Part shown: one piece after another, positions 39,875-52,650 of the stretch
Layout of the letters: every line of letters starts with the position of its first letter
Position numbering within the stretch: the stretch's first letter is position 1
Assembly (NCBI GenBank): GCA_030390025.1
Contig: CM059432.1
Location: 50,346,001-50,410,000, forward strand
Direction: 5' to 3'
From: Squalus acanthias
Taxonomy: Eukaryota
DNA length: 64,000 bases
The notes under the pieces: generated by a model
Told to the model about the DNA's origin: nothing
Databases searched by the model: none
The model's input: the letters and a program-made list of their open reading frames with translations, nothing else
Translations under genes and position numbers: made by a program

Positions 39875-40978
39875 GCATTTGACCAAGTGTGGCATCAAGG
39901 AGCCCTAGTAAATTTGAAGTTAATGGGAATCAGGGGGAAAACTCTCCACTGGCTGGAGTCATACCTAGCACAAAGGAAGATGGTTGTTGGAGGTCAATCA
40001 ACTCAGCCCCAGGATATCGCTGCTGGAGTTCCTCAGGGCAGTGTCCTAGGCCCAACCATCTTCAGCTGCTTCATCAATGACCTTCCCTCCATCATAAGGT
40101 CAGCAGTGGGGATGTTTGCTGATGATTGCACAGTGTTCAGTTCCATTCGCAACTCCTCAGATAATGAAGCAGTCCAAGCCCGCATGCAGCAAAACCTGGA
40201 TGACATTCAGGCTTGGGCTGATAAGTGGCAAGTAACATTCACGCCACACATGTGCCAGGCAATGACTATCTCCAACAAGAGACATTCAACCGCATTACTA
40301 TCGTCGAATCCCCCCACCATCAACATCCTAGGGGTCACCATTAACCAGAAACTTAACTGGACCAGCCACATAAATACTGAGGCAACAAGAGCAGATCAGA
40401 GGCTGGGTATTCTGCGGCGAGTGTCTCAACTCCTGACTCCCCAAAGCCTTTCCAACATCTACAAGGCACAAGTCAGGAGTGTGATGGAATAATCTCCACT
40501 TGCCTGGATGAGTGCAGCTCCAGCAACATCTCAAGAAGTTCACCACCATCCAAGACAAGGCAGCCCGCTTGATTGGCACCCCATCCACCACCTTAAAATA
40601 TTCACTTCCTCCACCACTGGTGCACCATGGCTGCAGTGTGTACCATCTACAAGATGCATTGCAGCAACTCACCAAGGCTTCTTCGGCAGCACCTCCCAAA
40701 CCCGCGACCTCAACCACCTAGAAGGACACCATCACCTCCAAGTTCCCCTCCAAGTCACACACCATCCTGACTTGGAAATATGTCGCCGTTCCTTCATCAT
40801 CACAGGGTCAAAATCCTGGAACTCCCTCCCTAACAACACTGTGGGAGTACCTTCACCACAAGGACTGCAGCGGTTCAAGAAGGCAGCTCACCACCACCTT
40901 CTCAAGGGCAATTAGGGAGGGGCAATAAATGCTGGCCTTGCCAGCGAAGCCCACATCCCATGAACGAATAAAACAAAA
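39875..40978 (+). mobile_element. Second LINE family, RT through 3' tail
   Basis: [35 protein letters not shown]; polyA-like end at about 40975. Confidence 0.9.
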
Positions 40979-42129
40979 TGCAGCTGTTGCTGGAAGGAAT
41001 TCATCAAATTAGCGTTCACCGAATGAGCCGGCAGCCTGTTCCACAGATCCACTTTCTCTGGGAAAAGCCCCGCCTCCTAACATCCAAACTAGTTCTGGTC
41101 TTACAGCACAATAGAAATCCAAATCCAACAGTGAGAGCTCATGGGTAATTAAGCCATTCCATTCTAACACACGGCCCAAGTTCCTGCTCTTTCTGAATTG
41201 AACTTCACTAGAAATTGGCTTTTCTAATTCACAAATATTATGACCATTTTCACATGAAGCCCCTTCTCAGTCAATTAATCACACCACTGCCAGGTAACCA
41301 GCATCATTATTTTTCAGTCTAAGTGGCAGCGGCATGGAAGCTGGTTTAAATGCAGGAATATCGCAATCGGCATTCGGCATTCATTTTAATGGCGACAGAG
41401 CTATGATAATTACCTTCTAACTGTTTTCGACGCACAAGTCCCAGGAAAATATGGAGCGGTGTGCTTAATGACGTAAATCACTCATACCATAATTTCCTCT
41501 TTCTTTTGCGTTGTTCAAGGGTCCCTACAATGTATATGCACCTTTACAATGGTTTGTCCCCAGGAAAATCTGGACCAATACTTTGACTTTGCTGCTGTCT
41601 CTGGTGCTGTCAACAGTTGCAAAAACGTAAAGGAAACTTGTTGTAAGACACGAACTTGAAGTTACAAAGGGAGCTACATTATTGAGGCACTTTTAAAAAT
41701 TAAACAATTACAACAAATGGAAACACCAAATTTGTGATAAATTCACCTCATGTATATTTACTACTGAGAAATAATATTACTATCTGCATAAAATCTACCG
41801 ATTGCTAGCATACAAAATCTAGCCCTCCGATATATAGGTATGAATGGGAGTCTGGGCAAATACTTGCTTTAAAAGAATGTGCTCGTTAACCATGTACAGG
41901 TCAACAATTTTCTACTAAAGTAAAAACATTCCACTGCTATGTAGGTATTTGTAATTTTTTTCCTCATTTTCATTTCAATAGAATTTAATTTAGATTTTAC
42001 TTTTCTTGCCTCATTTAACTCCTCCAAGTTCACTTGCAAATATACACGTCAAATTATATTGGATCAAAGAATGTTTTTTCCTTTAGAAGATTATTATGAA
42101 TTTTGCACATTCCGTTAGAAATTGCTTCA

Positions 42130-42385
42130 AACAACAACAACAACAACTTGCATTTATATAGCACCTTTAACGTCGCAAAACGTCCCAAGGTGCTTCACAG
42201 GAGCGTTATCTAACCAAATTTGACACCGAGCCACATAAGGAGATATTAGGACAGATGACCAAGAGGTAGGTTTTAAGAAGCGTCCTAAAGGAGGGAAGAG
42301 AGGTAGAGAGGCGGAGAGGTTTAGGGAGAGAATTCCAGAGCTTAGGGCCTCGGCAGCTGAAGGCATGGCCACTAATGGTTGAGCA
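42130..42385 (-). mobile_element. L2 3' end
   Basis: Same (ACA)n tail and body as the copies at 7941 and 10298. Confidence 0.78.
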
Positions 42386-43123
42386 AATGAGTTTACTAAT
42401 GGAATTACAGTAAAAAGAAAAGAAAATATAAATATAGTCCCTACGTATCAGTCTATATTTGTGTTACTGTCTAGTAAGATGTATAGGAAAGCATCAAACA
42501 AGAAAAGGGTCATTTGGCCCATTATGCCACTCCTTCCACAGACCATGTGTAATATACCCAACCATGAAATCGATCTCACATATTTAAGGCTAGAATTGCT
42601 ATCAGCGATGTTACCGTATGAAAGCTTAATATGTTAACCCATTTATATTATCCATGCCTGTCAGTATTTTAAAGACTTGGATTGTGTCCCCTCAATTGAC
42701 TTTTCTCCAGCGAAAGCAAGTCCATTTCTCAAAACTTTGAGTCCTATGTCTTGGAATATTCCCTTTCACTCCTGAATCTGTTCTTAAGAAATAAAATGCC
42801 CAAAACAGCACACAATACTCCAAATATAGCCTCATCACTAGTCTATACAAAGTTAGAATAGGTTGAAGAAATTTTCAATTGCCGGCCATCTGTTTCTTGT
42901 ACATTCACAGCAGGTCTGTTTGCATCTGTAAAAAGACAAGTTATGATGTTTTGGGTGTGTACCATTTTTGGCTTCAAGGTAGATCCTAGTATTTGATGGT
43001 TCTGTCAATAACAGGTTTGTTGACCAAAGCTTCACTTTGACAGTAAAGTTTCTGTGATTTATATTAGATTCGGTCTGTGATACTCAGAGACCAGAAGAAG
43101 CCTTGTTCCAAAGTATATATGAT

Positions 43124-43254
43124 AGCAAAATACTGCGGATGCTGGAAATCTGAAATAACAACAGAAAACGCTGGAAAAACTCAGCAGGCCAGGCAGCATC
43201 CGTGGAGAGAGAAAGAGAGTTAACGTTTCAGGTCGATGACCTTTCGTCAGAACT
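43124..43254 (-). mobile_element. Penelope-like element terminal fragment
   Basis: Near-identical to 58513-58646 and to the reverse complement of 13779-13917. Confidence 0.72.
43218..43254 (-). ncRNA. Minimal type I hammerhead ribozyme motif
   Basis: Minus strand AGUU-CUGACGA-A-AGGUC(AUC)GACCU-GAAAC-GUU/AACU: intact core, 5-bp helix II, 4-bp helix I and palindromic AACGUU helix III. Confidence 0.72.
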
Positions 43255-43628
43255 GTGAAGAGCCGGAAATCAAATTGCCTTGAGCATGTCCAGTTCTGTT
43301 CCAAGAATGTTCTAATAATCTAGGCTATACGTCTTCCTTAAATACATTAAAAATTCCTTATTCCTAACTATCCTTGTTCCCCTGAAAAGCCTCCCATCAA
43401 TCACGGTCTTTGTCTTAGCCTAACAGCAATCTTTTCTACGACCTCATCCGAGATAACATCCAATACCTGACTCTCCAAGCCTCCCTTAAAACTATCCTAT
43501 AAAACATAAGAAAACAAGAATGAATGGATGCCTCCTTACTCAAAATGCTCCAAGGACAGGCTTGACTAGACCAAGTTTCAATCTTTAGCTGCCTAATTAT
43601 TAATGGTACAATGTTTATATAGAAAGTC

Positions 43629-43687
43629 TTATTCTAAAATGGAAGCTTTATTCTAAAACGGAAGCTTTATTCCAAAATGGAAGTCTT
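43629..43687. repeat. About 19-bp tandem repeat, three copies
   Basis: TTATTCTAAAATGGAAGCT unit repeated with 1-2 mismatches. Confidence 0.7.
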
Positions 43688-43989
43688 CAAAAGTACTTCT
43701 CTTACACTTTCAGTTAATAATTAATAATCATATTCTATTTTATTTCCCTCTCCAGCGTTGCTAATATCTTCTGTTCCAATATACATTACTTTCATTTATC
43801 CTCATTAAATTCCATCTGCCATTCCTTAGCACATCTATTAATTGATTCAAGTCTCTTTGAATGCTGCTCATCTCTCTTATAATTGTCACTTGGCAACATA
43901 GCTTCATGTCATAAACAGATTTTATAATATTACGTAAGACTCTGCTTCTCCAAAGCATTTAGCCAGAGTGTAAACACTGGGGGGCTGCA

Positions 43990-46450
43990 GGGGGTCCAGA
44001 GAAATTCTTTACAGAATAGCACTAGAGTAAGAATGTTAGGTGGGATCAGACTAAGAGAGAATACAAGAAGGTCTAAGATAGGTTTACAGTGCATGTGTGT
44101 AAACACATGAAGTGTGGTAAATAAGGTTGGTGAGCTATAGGCACAAATAGCCACATGGGAATATGATGTCGTAGCGATAACGGAGACCTGGCTCAAAAAA
44201 GGCAGGATTGAGTACTAAATATTCCTGGATATAAGGTGTTCAAGAAAGATAGGGAAGGAAAGAAAGGAGGTGGGTGGCAGTCTTGATTAAGGAGAATATT
44301 ACAGTGCTGGAGAGAGAGGATGTCCTGGAGGGGTCAAGGACAGAATCTATTTGGTTAGAATTAAGAAACAACAGAGGTGCCATTACACTACTAGGTGTAT
44401 CCTATAGGCTACCAAATTGTGGGAAAGATATAGAGAAGCAAATTTGCAGGGAAATTACAGAAAGGTGTAAGAACTATAGAGTAGTGATAATGGGGGACTT
44501 CAATTATCCTAATACAGACTGGGATAGTAATAGTGTACAGGACAGAGAGGGGGAAGAATTTCTGAAGTGTGTTCAGGAGAACTTTATGATCAGTATATTT
44601 CCGGCCCAACGAGGAAGGAGGCATTGCTGGATCTGGTTCTGGGGAATGAGGTGGGTCAAGTGGAACAAGTGTCAGTAGGGGAACATTGAGGGAACAGTAG
44701 TCATAGTATCATAAGGTTTAGATTAGCTATGAAAAAGGATAAGGAGCAATCTAACTGGAGGAGGGCCAATTTCAGTGGGTTGAGAACGGATCTGGCCTGA
44801 GTAAATTGGAATCAAAGGTTGGCAGGCAAAACTTTATTCGAACAATGAGTTGCCTTTAAAGAGGAGATGGTACGGGTATAGTCGAGGTACATTCCCTCGA
44901 GGGGGAAAGGTAGGGCAACCAAAGCCAGAGCTCCCTGGATTATGAAAGAGATAAAGGTGGAAATTGAGGAGGTACTCGCCATAATCTTCCAATCCTCCTT
45001 AGATATGGGGAGTGGTGCCAGAAGACTGGAGAATTGCAAATGTTACACCCTTGTTCAAAAAAGGGTGTAAGGATAACCTAGCTACTACAGGCCAGTCAGT
45101 TTAACCTGGGTGGTGGGGAAGCTTTTAGAAACGATATTCCGGGACAAAATTAACAGTCACTTGGACAAGTGTGGATTAATTAAGGAAAGCCAGCACGGAT
45201 TTGTTAAAGGCAAATCATGTTTAACCAACTTGATCGAGTTTTTTGATGAGGTAACAGGGAGGGCAATGCGGTTGACGTGATGTACATAGACTTCCAAAAG
45301 GCGTTTGATAAAGTGTCACATAATAGGTTTGCCAGCAAAGTTGAAGCCCTTGGAATAAAGGGGACAGTGGCAGCATGGATACAGAATTGGCTAAGTGACA
45401 GGAAACAGAGAGTAGTGATGAATGGTTGTTTTTCGGACTGGAGGAAGGTATACAGTGGTGTTCCCCAAGGGTCGGTACTAGGACCACTGCTTTTCTTGAT
45501 ATATATTAATGACTTGGACTTGGGTGTACAGGGCACAATTTCAAAATTTGCAGATGACACAAAACTTGGAAGTATAGTGAACAGTGAGGAGGATAGTGAT
45601 AGACTTCAAGAGGACATGGACAGGCTGGTGGAATAGGCGGATACGTGGAAAATGAAATTTTACGCAGAAAAGTGCGAAGTGATACATTTTGGTCGGAAGA
45701 ATGAGGAGCCGTAATATAAACTAAAGGGTACAATTCTAAAGGGGTGCAGGAACAGAGAGACCTGGGGGTATATGTGCACAAATCGTTGAAGATGGCAGGG
45801 AAGGTTGAGAAAGCAGTTAAAAAAGCATATGGGGTCCTGGACTTCATAAATAGAGGCATAGAGTACAAAAGCAAGGAAGTTATGATGAACCTTTATAACT
45901 GGTTCGGCCTCAACTGGACTATTGTGTCTAATTCTGGGCACCATACCTTAGGAATGATTGAAGGCCTTAGAGAGGGTGCAGAAAAGATTTACAAGAATGT
46001 TTCCAGGGATGAGGGACTTCAGTTACGTGGATAGACTGGAGAAGCTAGGGCTGTTCTCCTTAGAGCAGAGAAGGTTGAGAGGAGATTTGATAGAGGTGTT
46101 CAAAATCATGAGGGGTCTGGACAGAGTAGATAGAGATAAACTGTTCCCATTGGCGGAAGGGTCGAGAACCAGAGGATACAGATTTAAGGTGATTGGCAGA
46201 AGAACGAAAGGTGACATGAGGAAAAAACATTTTATGCAGCGTTATGATCTGGAATGCACTGCCTGAAAGGGTGGTGGAGGCAGACTCAATCGTGGTTTTC
46301 AAAAGGGAATTGGATAAGTACCTGAAGGAAAAAAATTTGCACGGGGAAAGGGCAGGGGAGTGGGACTAGCTGAAATGCTCGTGCAAAGAGCCGGCATGGG
46401 CTCGACAGGCCGAATGGCCTCCTTCTGTGCTGTAACCATTCTATGTTATT
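43990..46450 (+). mobile_element. CR1 ORF2 remnant (EN, internal deletion, RT, 3' UTR)
   Basis: [31 protein letters not shown] and RGDLIEVFK, with many stops. Confidence 0.92.
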
Positions 46451-48109
46451 GCCCCTCCCCCCTTAACAGACAAGTATTTTCTTGATCAGCCCCTATGTGT
46501 TCTACTGCCAAGCCAATTTTCAATTCGGCCAAATCTTAAATTCTTGCTGTATAAATTTCCTTACATTTTTGCAACATTTGTGCATAGAGAACATTTTTGC
46601 TCCTAATTCTTTTAGTTCCTTTATACCACATGTTGAACTGATATATTTCTGTTAATATTATATTGTATATTTCTGAGCCAAAATGGATCAGGGATTAGAC
46701 CACAGTCTTCATTTGTGAAGACTGATATGGGTCTCTTTATCATTTCTGCAAATTCCTGTAATTATAATATCTTCCTCAATTCCTCAATGGGACTATGATT
46801 TTTGATGCACTGCAGTTTAATATCGCAGGGCTGATTTTTATTTCCCAGTGTAGAACGAGTGGAAGTTCGGCCTGGTGCGATTAGCAACCATCTCCTGGAC
46901 TTGGCCACATTTCCAGAATCCGCATAAATTGAAATAATATGGAGAAGCTGAAGGTGTGAAAAGCGCCTGAGATTGGTAACCCATCCATTAAGAGGTGGGA
47001 AATTCATGAGCTGCTTCAGGTCTTAAAGGACTGCAGCACCTTAAAGGGCATTACACTTTTGCTGCTGGAGGAGAAGAAATGAATGTCTGGAACTGAATGA
47101 TGTCGCAAGCAATCAAGGGAGTAGTAGGGTGCCCAGGTTTCCCGATGGGGCAGTGGATGTCTTGGTAAACCAAGTTCATCAAGAGAAAGTTCATTTTGTT
47201 TCTCATGGATGGGTGCCATGTCCCACAGTACACTGAAGAACAGCATAGTTGGCAGGACTTTGCCAACCATGTTAATGTTAGCAGCATGTACCCCAGGACG
47301 TGGCTGCATTGCTGAAAGCAATTCAATGACCTCACCAGATGAGCTAAGCTCGGACACCCCAGTTGCATCTCTCATTGTTTCAAGTGTGCAGATCATGACC
47401 ATATCCTCATCTCCTTCCAATCTATCTGGATCCTTAGAAGCTCTTTCTGCTTATCTTCACACTCTGAAAACTATTTTTCCAAATATCTTTCTCAGTCCCT
47501 GCAAATATTTCCCCTCCACGCCACAAGAAACAACTACTCCACAGTTGTCACAGACTATTCATCTGATCTCTGTGAAAAATAATAGCTGGCATGGACCTGT
47601 TGGACTGAATGGCCTGTTTCAGTGCTTTAAATACTATGTAATAAATGTAGGTGGAAAAATAAGTTAACATTTCATTTCCATTGTTGTCCAGAGAGGGTTA
47701 CTGTAATGGCGTTGCAGATTGGAATCTGAGGTCAGATGAATCGTCTGTGGCAATTGTAGAGTAATTGTTTCTTGTGGTGTGGAAGGTGTGTATTTGCAGG
47801 GATTGAGGAAGATAGTTGGCAAGACTGTTAATGCGGGGGGCATCAGACGGTCATTACATTATGGAGTTAGTAAACAGATGAAGCTGAAAGCTCTGGAGGC
47901 TGTTTGATGTTTCACCAGAGCAGCCTTCTCAGGAGCCTCCATATCATATGTGTCTCCCCCTTCAATAGGCGCAAGGCCCTTCACCCCTGGTAGTTCCAAT
48001 TGCAGTCCTAATTGCAAGGCAAAGCTGGGCAGCATATTGCAAAGCATGAGGATATGATTGGGCTGTATTGGAGGAAGCCCCACAGACCTGTTGAGGCATT
48101 GGAATCGTT

Positions 48110-50433
48110 GGGCTGGATTTTACCAGCCGTGAGGAGGCGGGTTTGGAGGCGGGACTGTAAGCTTCGCAAAATTCCCCAGAAACTCGTATAGAACCCTAAA
48201 AGGGGTGATTTTTGGATTTTTCCTACGAATTTGGGATGATGGGACATAAGTGAAGTGATTTGAGGTAAACCCTCAGTTTTGGACATTTTAAAGATCAGGG
48301 AAGAAAAACCTTGAGGAAAAATGACTTTTGAAAATGACTGGGAAAAAAAAAACCTTTGTGAAGGAGTGTGGCGAGGCAGTGGACAGCTTTTGGAGTCAAG
48401 CTGTCTGGAATTTGTTTCCACTGCAATCCAGGCAGGAGGAAGAACCTCACCCAAAACCTCACAACAGATCCAAAATTGAATAATTCAAGACACCTTTTGC
48501 ATATCCCAGGATGCCAGAAGCCTGTAAACAATAAAACATCTAGTACAGCCATTACTTCATCAAAAACCAATCAGCCAGGTATCTATAGGGACAAGATTTG
48601 GCGCGTAGATAAAGGCCCTGCCTAAATGGGAGACATCGGAAGCCATCAGGACAATTTAACACCAAGTTAAAACCAACAAAACTTAACAAGCCCGCAAAAC
48701 TAAGACAATGGAATGAACAGACCTCAACTGAAAACTAAATCACTTCAACACGAAACCAATTTAAGAAAGGGGTTTTGGCGCGAAAAAGACATAAGGGTCT
48801 GAACAGTATAATTGAGGGCCTAATCCCCCAAGAAACTCTCTCTCAGCTCTGTTCCAGTTGCAGCAAGTTCCAGCAAGACACTACCAGCCACACAACACGA
48901 GCAGGAGGAGGAGAGAAGCAGCAAGGCCACGAGGCAGACCCGGGGTGAGATCGGAGGCAAGGACAGACTAGGCCAGGCAAGGGCTAGAGCTGAGGCCACT
49001 GGGAGCGAGTCGGCATTGCTCAGCACACGGTCTAGCACTAGCAGCCACTAGCCAAGGTCACTGGAGGCTGGGAGCAAGTCGGCATCGCTCAACCCACGGT
49101 CCAGCCCCAGAAGGTACCGCCCCGACAGGCCTCCAACGCAACAAAACTCGACGACCAGACCACCATCGCAGATTTCACAGACCGGTACCACGTGGGGACG
49201 GCAGGCCCCAAAGGACAAAAAGAGAGTACCTCAAAATCGCAGTCAACTTACCTGGCTGGATTTCGCACTGTCAAAACCCCTGTTTGGTGAGCATTATCCC
49301 TGAACTCCTGAAACCAAAACCTAGCTAGATAGTGGGATTTTTGGGAGGGATAAGGGTTTTTGTATCTTGTCATTCTCCCTCGCCTGTACCGTGTGTTCTC
49401 CAACCTGTTTAAGTGTTAAGTGTGTTTTAAGTTTGTTACCTTTTCTTTTAATAAAAGTCAAAATTCTTTCATCGGAACCTGTTGTCTACTGCATCTTTGT
49501 TCACAACCCCCAAATAAGTCCAAGGTCCAGAACCAGGGGCGTGGGAGCGATTCGAACCGCTCGCTGAGTCAGAGGTGAGGCTGACCCCTACCACACCACC
49601 CCCTACAGGACTGCTGGGAAAATGGGAAAAATTGGGAGCGAGTCCCAACCCCGCTCCCAACCCACCTCCGAACCATCTTCCCGGGAGGCGAGTCCCCGAC
49701 TCGCGCAGGGACCCGTCTCCTAGCGGCGGGAAGGGGAATTAGAGCCAATTAACTGCCTGTTAACAGGTAGTTAACAGGCAGTTAAGAGGCTTTTCCCCAT
49801 TTTCCGCCTGCTGATGCGGCCTTCCCGACGTCGGGAAACCCCGCCAGGGTCAGCGAGGCGAGCTGTGGGTTTGCTGTAGTGTAAGTGTGTAAATGACAGC
49901 TGCAGAGATAGTGTGATGGGTGCAATGGTGCACAGGTAAGTATGACAGGTGAGAGAATGTAGTGAGAAATATTTTTATTCTGTTTATATGTATCTGCAGG
50001 TGACAAGATTTGATGTTTCTGTGAAGCCTCATCTGATCGGCAGAATTGACAGATGGCTTTTGCAATCTCATATGCAGCTGCCATCTGTTTTCTCCTAAGG
50101 AGAGAGTCATTGGTGAGCCTGAGTGCAAGGGCTCTCCTTTGGACAGTGATTGTCAGTGTTTGACAGCACCTCAATGCTGTCAAACACTGTCAAATCATCT
50201 GTCAAAAGATTATGGGGCCTGTCACTTGAACAAAACTGGCAGATGAAGCGTCATGCACTGAAGTCATCTGACACCGGCTTTCCCTTAATTGGCCGGCAAG
50301 CCCACAGGGCGGGCTTAACAAGGCCAATCAGGGGAAAATAGCGTCAGGTCGTCAGATGTCACTGGGGGCGGGACTAGAACCCGGAAACCAGCAGTCCCGC
50401 CCCCAACACGCCTCCTCAGGTAATATCCAGCCC
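48110..50433. mobile_element. Harbinger-type MITE containing solo LTR C
   Basis: TIRs GGGCTGGATTTTACC / GGTAATATCCAGCCC with flanks GTT and ATT (imperfect 3-bp TSD). Confidence 0.82.
48156..49607 (+). mobile_element. Solo LTR C (1452 bp)
   Basis: TGTAA...CTACA termini, TSD GGAC (48152-55 and 49608-11), AATAAA at 49450; homologous to LTR A. Confidence 0.9.
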
Positions 50434-51726
50434 ATTGTTTCAAGACTATCTCTTTGCTTGACAATGGCTCTCATAGACCTTATTGTTCAGTGTCTGTGGA
50501 TCCTGCAGAGGTTTCATCAGCTAGGCCTCCAATAGGTAGCATTCGTCTCCAAGGAGCCAACCTTACACTTGTTATTTAGAATCAAAACATATGGGGAAAG
50601 AAGGATCACCTTACAATGAAGGCAGCATGGCAGGAAAGCATGATGTTTTGCAGATGGTTACAAACTAGTTGCACGCTGATGGAGTGGAATTTCTTGCAAT
50701 TCAAGCAGACTACAATATCGTGTTGAGGAGCATGCAGGGCAACATGTGTGCAAACAAGGACATCCTGGAATTTTGGGAATCCTGCAATCCACATGAAAAC
50801 TAGGGCCCACTCCTGTCATTTCTGATGTCCATGGGGAAAATGAAGTAGGCGTTAGGTGTTATGTATGCAGTTTGGCTGATGTTATTGATGTCCCCCTTAA
50901 GGGCCTAGAAGGAGCCAGAGGCAAAAAATGGTTAATGACTGCAATAATCTTTACTGCAATAGGCTCTGTTGTGCTTGTCCTGGAGGTTAGCTACAGGTCA
51001 ACTAACAGCAGGTGACACAAATCTCTCATTGCCTCCCTAGAGAAACTTAGCCTCCTCGAGCATTGCTCTTCAGTTAATGCTCAGCATGGCTTTTAAGGGT
51101 GGATTTGAGCAGTTCTCCTCCAAAATCCTGCATCTCATGCAACTTCCCTGTTTCCTTTCTCTTCCTCCTCTTCCATCCAGATATGTCTTGCCGAGAGGGA
51201 CCTAAATATGCAAAGGGTAGACTGCTTGCAACAATGGCCTCACAGAAATCACTGCCGCAAATCACCTTCACACACAGATGCCTACAATTATCAACAAAAT
51301 GGTTTCTATTCAAAAATAAAATTCCAGCAGTACCATTAATCAGCTGCTGGGCCATTTAAATTTACCCCCTGAATTGTCCTAATGTCCACAGTTTGTTTAT
51401 GTCATGATCATGTCATTCAGCCTAGCATGAAGTTTCCACCTGCTTTGGACAGGAGTTCCCAGCGTCCACTCAAGACTCAAACAGAAAATTCAACGGAACA
51501 CAAGTAGGCAAGAATCAGGCGAGACTGAATTCCTACTTAATGCCCCATCTGCACCCAAAAATGGGGCATTACAAAGACCAAAATTGAGTCCATAATCTGG
51601 CAGACTTGGTGTTATCAAATTATGTCAAATGGATCACCAAGCACATTTGAAGACCAGGAAATGGCACCTTGTCATATAAACAAATAGCAGCTTAACTCTC
51701 AAGTCATCCAAAACTCATAATTCTCA

Positions 51727-52060
51727 TTTCTGTCTCAGGTTCCTTATCTCACTCTCCTTCTCCACACAATACATGATATTAAATTACTTGTTGGCCTCAC
51801 ACAAAATGACTCAAGCTGTTGTCTGGAGAATACATGTTTCTAAGATTTTTTTATTGTACTTCCTGCTGCTACAGATGTTCACTATGTAATGTGCTTGCAG
51901 CACTCAAGCACACAAAAATGCAAAGATTAAACGATAACCCAATTAAACCAGCATCCCATGCATCCAAAAAAGTACATAAATAGACAGGAAGTGTCAAAAC
52001 CATATTACCTCATTACCTTTACTTTAACGCAGTTATCTCTAAGGATAACAGCAGTGCTAA
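51727..52060 (+). repeat. Local direct duplication, copy 1 (copy 2 at 54489-54777)
   Basis: Long shared blocks such as CATGATATTAAATTACTTGTTGGCCTCACACAAAATGACTCAAG and GTTATCTCTAAGGATAACAGCAGTG. Confidence 0.9.
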
Positions 52061-52650
52061 TGAAAATTTATGTTCACATTTTTCATCCTACCCATTAGCC
52101 CGGAACATTACAATGTGTTGAACTTTGACAGCTGATTATTTTTAAGCTTTCGCTTAGTTCTTTACCTTGATTTTCTTGACCTACTTTATTCACTCGCCTG
52201 CATTCCATCCTCCACCCGCTGGGAGGAAAAACTACAATCAAATCGACAGCTTTGAGTGCCTCTGATTGCTCTCCTAACAGCTTCACATCTTAAAAGGGAC
52301 ATGGCCGTTCTGCTAAAGTGACGTTCGCATCATTTCACTAAGTTTGTAAATAAAATGCACAACGATGGCACTATGACATCATTGCATCATCAATCACATC
52401 TGCCACCAGTAACAATTTTATATTTGTTACTTACAATCAATACAAATTAGCCCAACAAAGTGAAAATTGCTTTGCAATGTTTTGCAATCCTGCAGGTCAT
52501 AGAGCAGACTTTCCCCATTTCTCAATAAGGGTTGCTGCAGTGGGAGCAAAATTTGGGAGCAAATTGTTCCCTGAAGTGAGTCTTCCAAACTTTTGAATGG
52601 ATGAGTTTTTTCTTTAAATCTCCTTTTTTCCCTACTGTGCTGAAAATAGA

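Larger units (their letters stand above)
46828..51591. mobile_element. Decayed Harbinger element: Myb exon on +, transposase on -, hosting a MITE and an LTR
   Basis: About 47100-47348 (+) reads W-QDFANHVN...RTWLHC*KQFNDLTR. The minus strand has GFPKFQDVLVCTHVAL...SISVQLVCNH (50606-50794) and LKQRFQCLNRS joined across the 48110-50433 insertion. The right end resembles 58320-58360. Confidence 0.75.
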
